DNA from: a virus
Lineage: Duplodnaviria > Caudoviricetes
IMG/VR virus record: IMGVR_UViG_3300037790_000129
Span: 3,502 to 67,501 of that record
Strand: one strand, 5' to 3'
Length of the DNA stretch: 64,000 nt
Within the stretch, counting starts at the first letter, position 1. Each line of letters begins with the position of its first letter. Below are positions 63,599 to 64,000 of the stretch, piece after piece. Made by a program: the position numbers and the translations under genes. The notes beneath the pieces were generated by a model. That model made no database searches and was not told the DNA's origin. It saw only the letters and a program-made list of their open reading frames with translations.

Positions 63599-64000
63599 TT
63601 ACTCATTTCTGTATTTTTTAATTAGGTACCAAATTGTAATGATTGCAAATGAAGTAAAGCTTACTATAAACTTTACATTTAGATCATTAAAAGAAGTTGA
63701 TTTTAAATTACATATATGTACGATAATTTGGTAGGTTGTGCTTATTACTGGTAAAGCAATAACAAATCTGTAATTCTTTTTTTTGGCGTTAACCCAAGCT
63801 ACAATCCATCCGGCTAGGCCGAATATATTGATAAATAAAACATATAAAAATACCCGTAAACTACTATAGCCCGGGTATTCTATTCCAGTAGGTATTGCAT
63901 CATGAATGTAAGGCATTATTGATGCAATAATAATTAATAGGCTAAATGTCGCCGTCTTTAATTTCTCCTTTTTTAATGTCTGTTGTGGTGTTGGTTTCAT
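63599..64000 (-). CDS. Multi-pass membrane protein convergent with the repressor
   Basis: Four hydrophobic segments. Confidence 0.6.
   Translation of the reverse strand: MKPTPQQTLKKEKLKTATFSLLIIIASIMPYIHDAIPTGIEYPGYSSLRVFLYVLFINIFGLAGWIVAWVNAKKKNYRFVIALPVISTTYQIIVHICNLKSTSFNDLNVKFIVSFTSFAIITIWYLIKKYRNE

Larger units (their letters stand above)
1..64000. mobile_element. Temperate Bacteroidota (likely Flavobacteriaceae) phage with podovirus-type morphogenesis; extends beyond the window
   Basis: TerL-portal-scaffold-MCP-ring-nozzle-ejection order with no tape measure or sheath; RecT/SSB/initiator operon; divergent Cro/CI-like pair; lysozyme. No clear host housekeeping block and no integrase or att site seen. 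Confidence 0.93.

Noticed and set aside
1-64000. Integrase, att sites, IS elements, introns or inteins (for example in terL or thyA)
   Set aside because: No recombinase, transposase or splicing motifs recognised; terL and thyA are uninterrupted. An integrase may lie outside the window.

Overview
The whole window is one AT-rich temperate phage (prophage or free genome, probably incomplete at both ends) of a Bacteroidota host, most likely Flavobacteriaceae. Host evidence: TAnnTT(T/C)G promoters, general lack of Shine-Dalgarno sites, a Cys-SDDD lipoprotein, and flavobacterial-type thyA and nucleoid-associated genes. Layout: (i) 1-13.2 kb, a leftward 'early' operon of mostly small unknown genes plus thyA, a C5 MTase and an N6 MTase/DUF4942 protein, with several families of repeated intergenic elements; (ii) about 1 kb of divergent control region; (iii) 14.3-21.7 kb, rightward 'middle' genes: two tRNA-type genes, Tad2-like and Tad1-like anti-defence sponge candidates, RuvC, GroES-X-GroEL and a DEDDh exonuclease; (iv) 22.5-53.4 kb, lysis and podovirus-type morphogenesis genes (TerL, portal, scaffold, MCP, ring and nozzle proteins, three ejection proteins, the largest carrying a repeat-flanked ADP-ribosyltransferase-like domain); (v) a lipoprotein moron, then a leftward replication/recombination operon (dut, NdpA-like, DnaC-like, initiator, SSB, MBL nuclease, RecT, Rad50-like) ending in a Cro/CI-like switch. 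No integrase, DNA polymerase, RNA polymerase, CRISPR array or reverse transcriptase is visible. Best leads: a possible antitermination/RNA-element system in the early operon, a plug-in ART cassette in the ejection protein, a phage GroEL/GroES with a second tandem-GroES protein, and an anti-defence neighbourhood with atypical tRNAs. All family calls come from motif recognition by eye; no database search was run.
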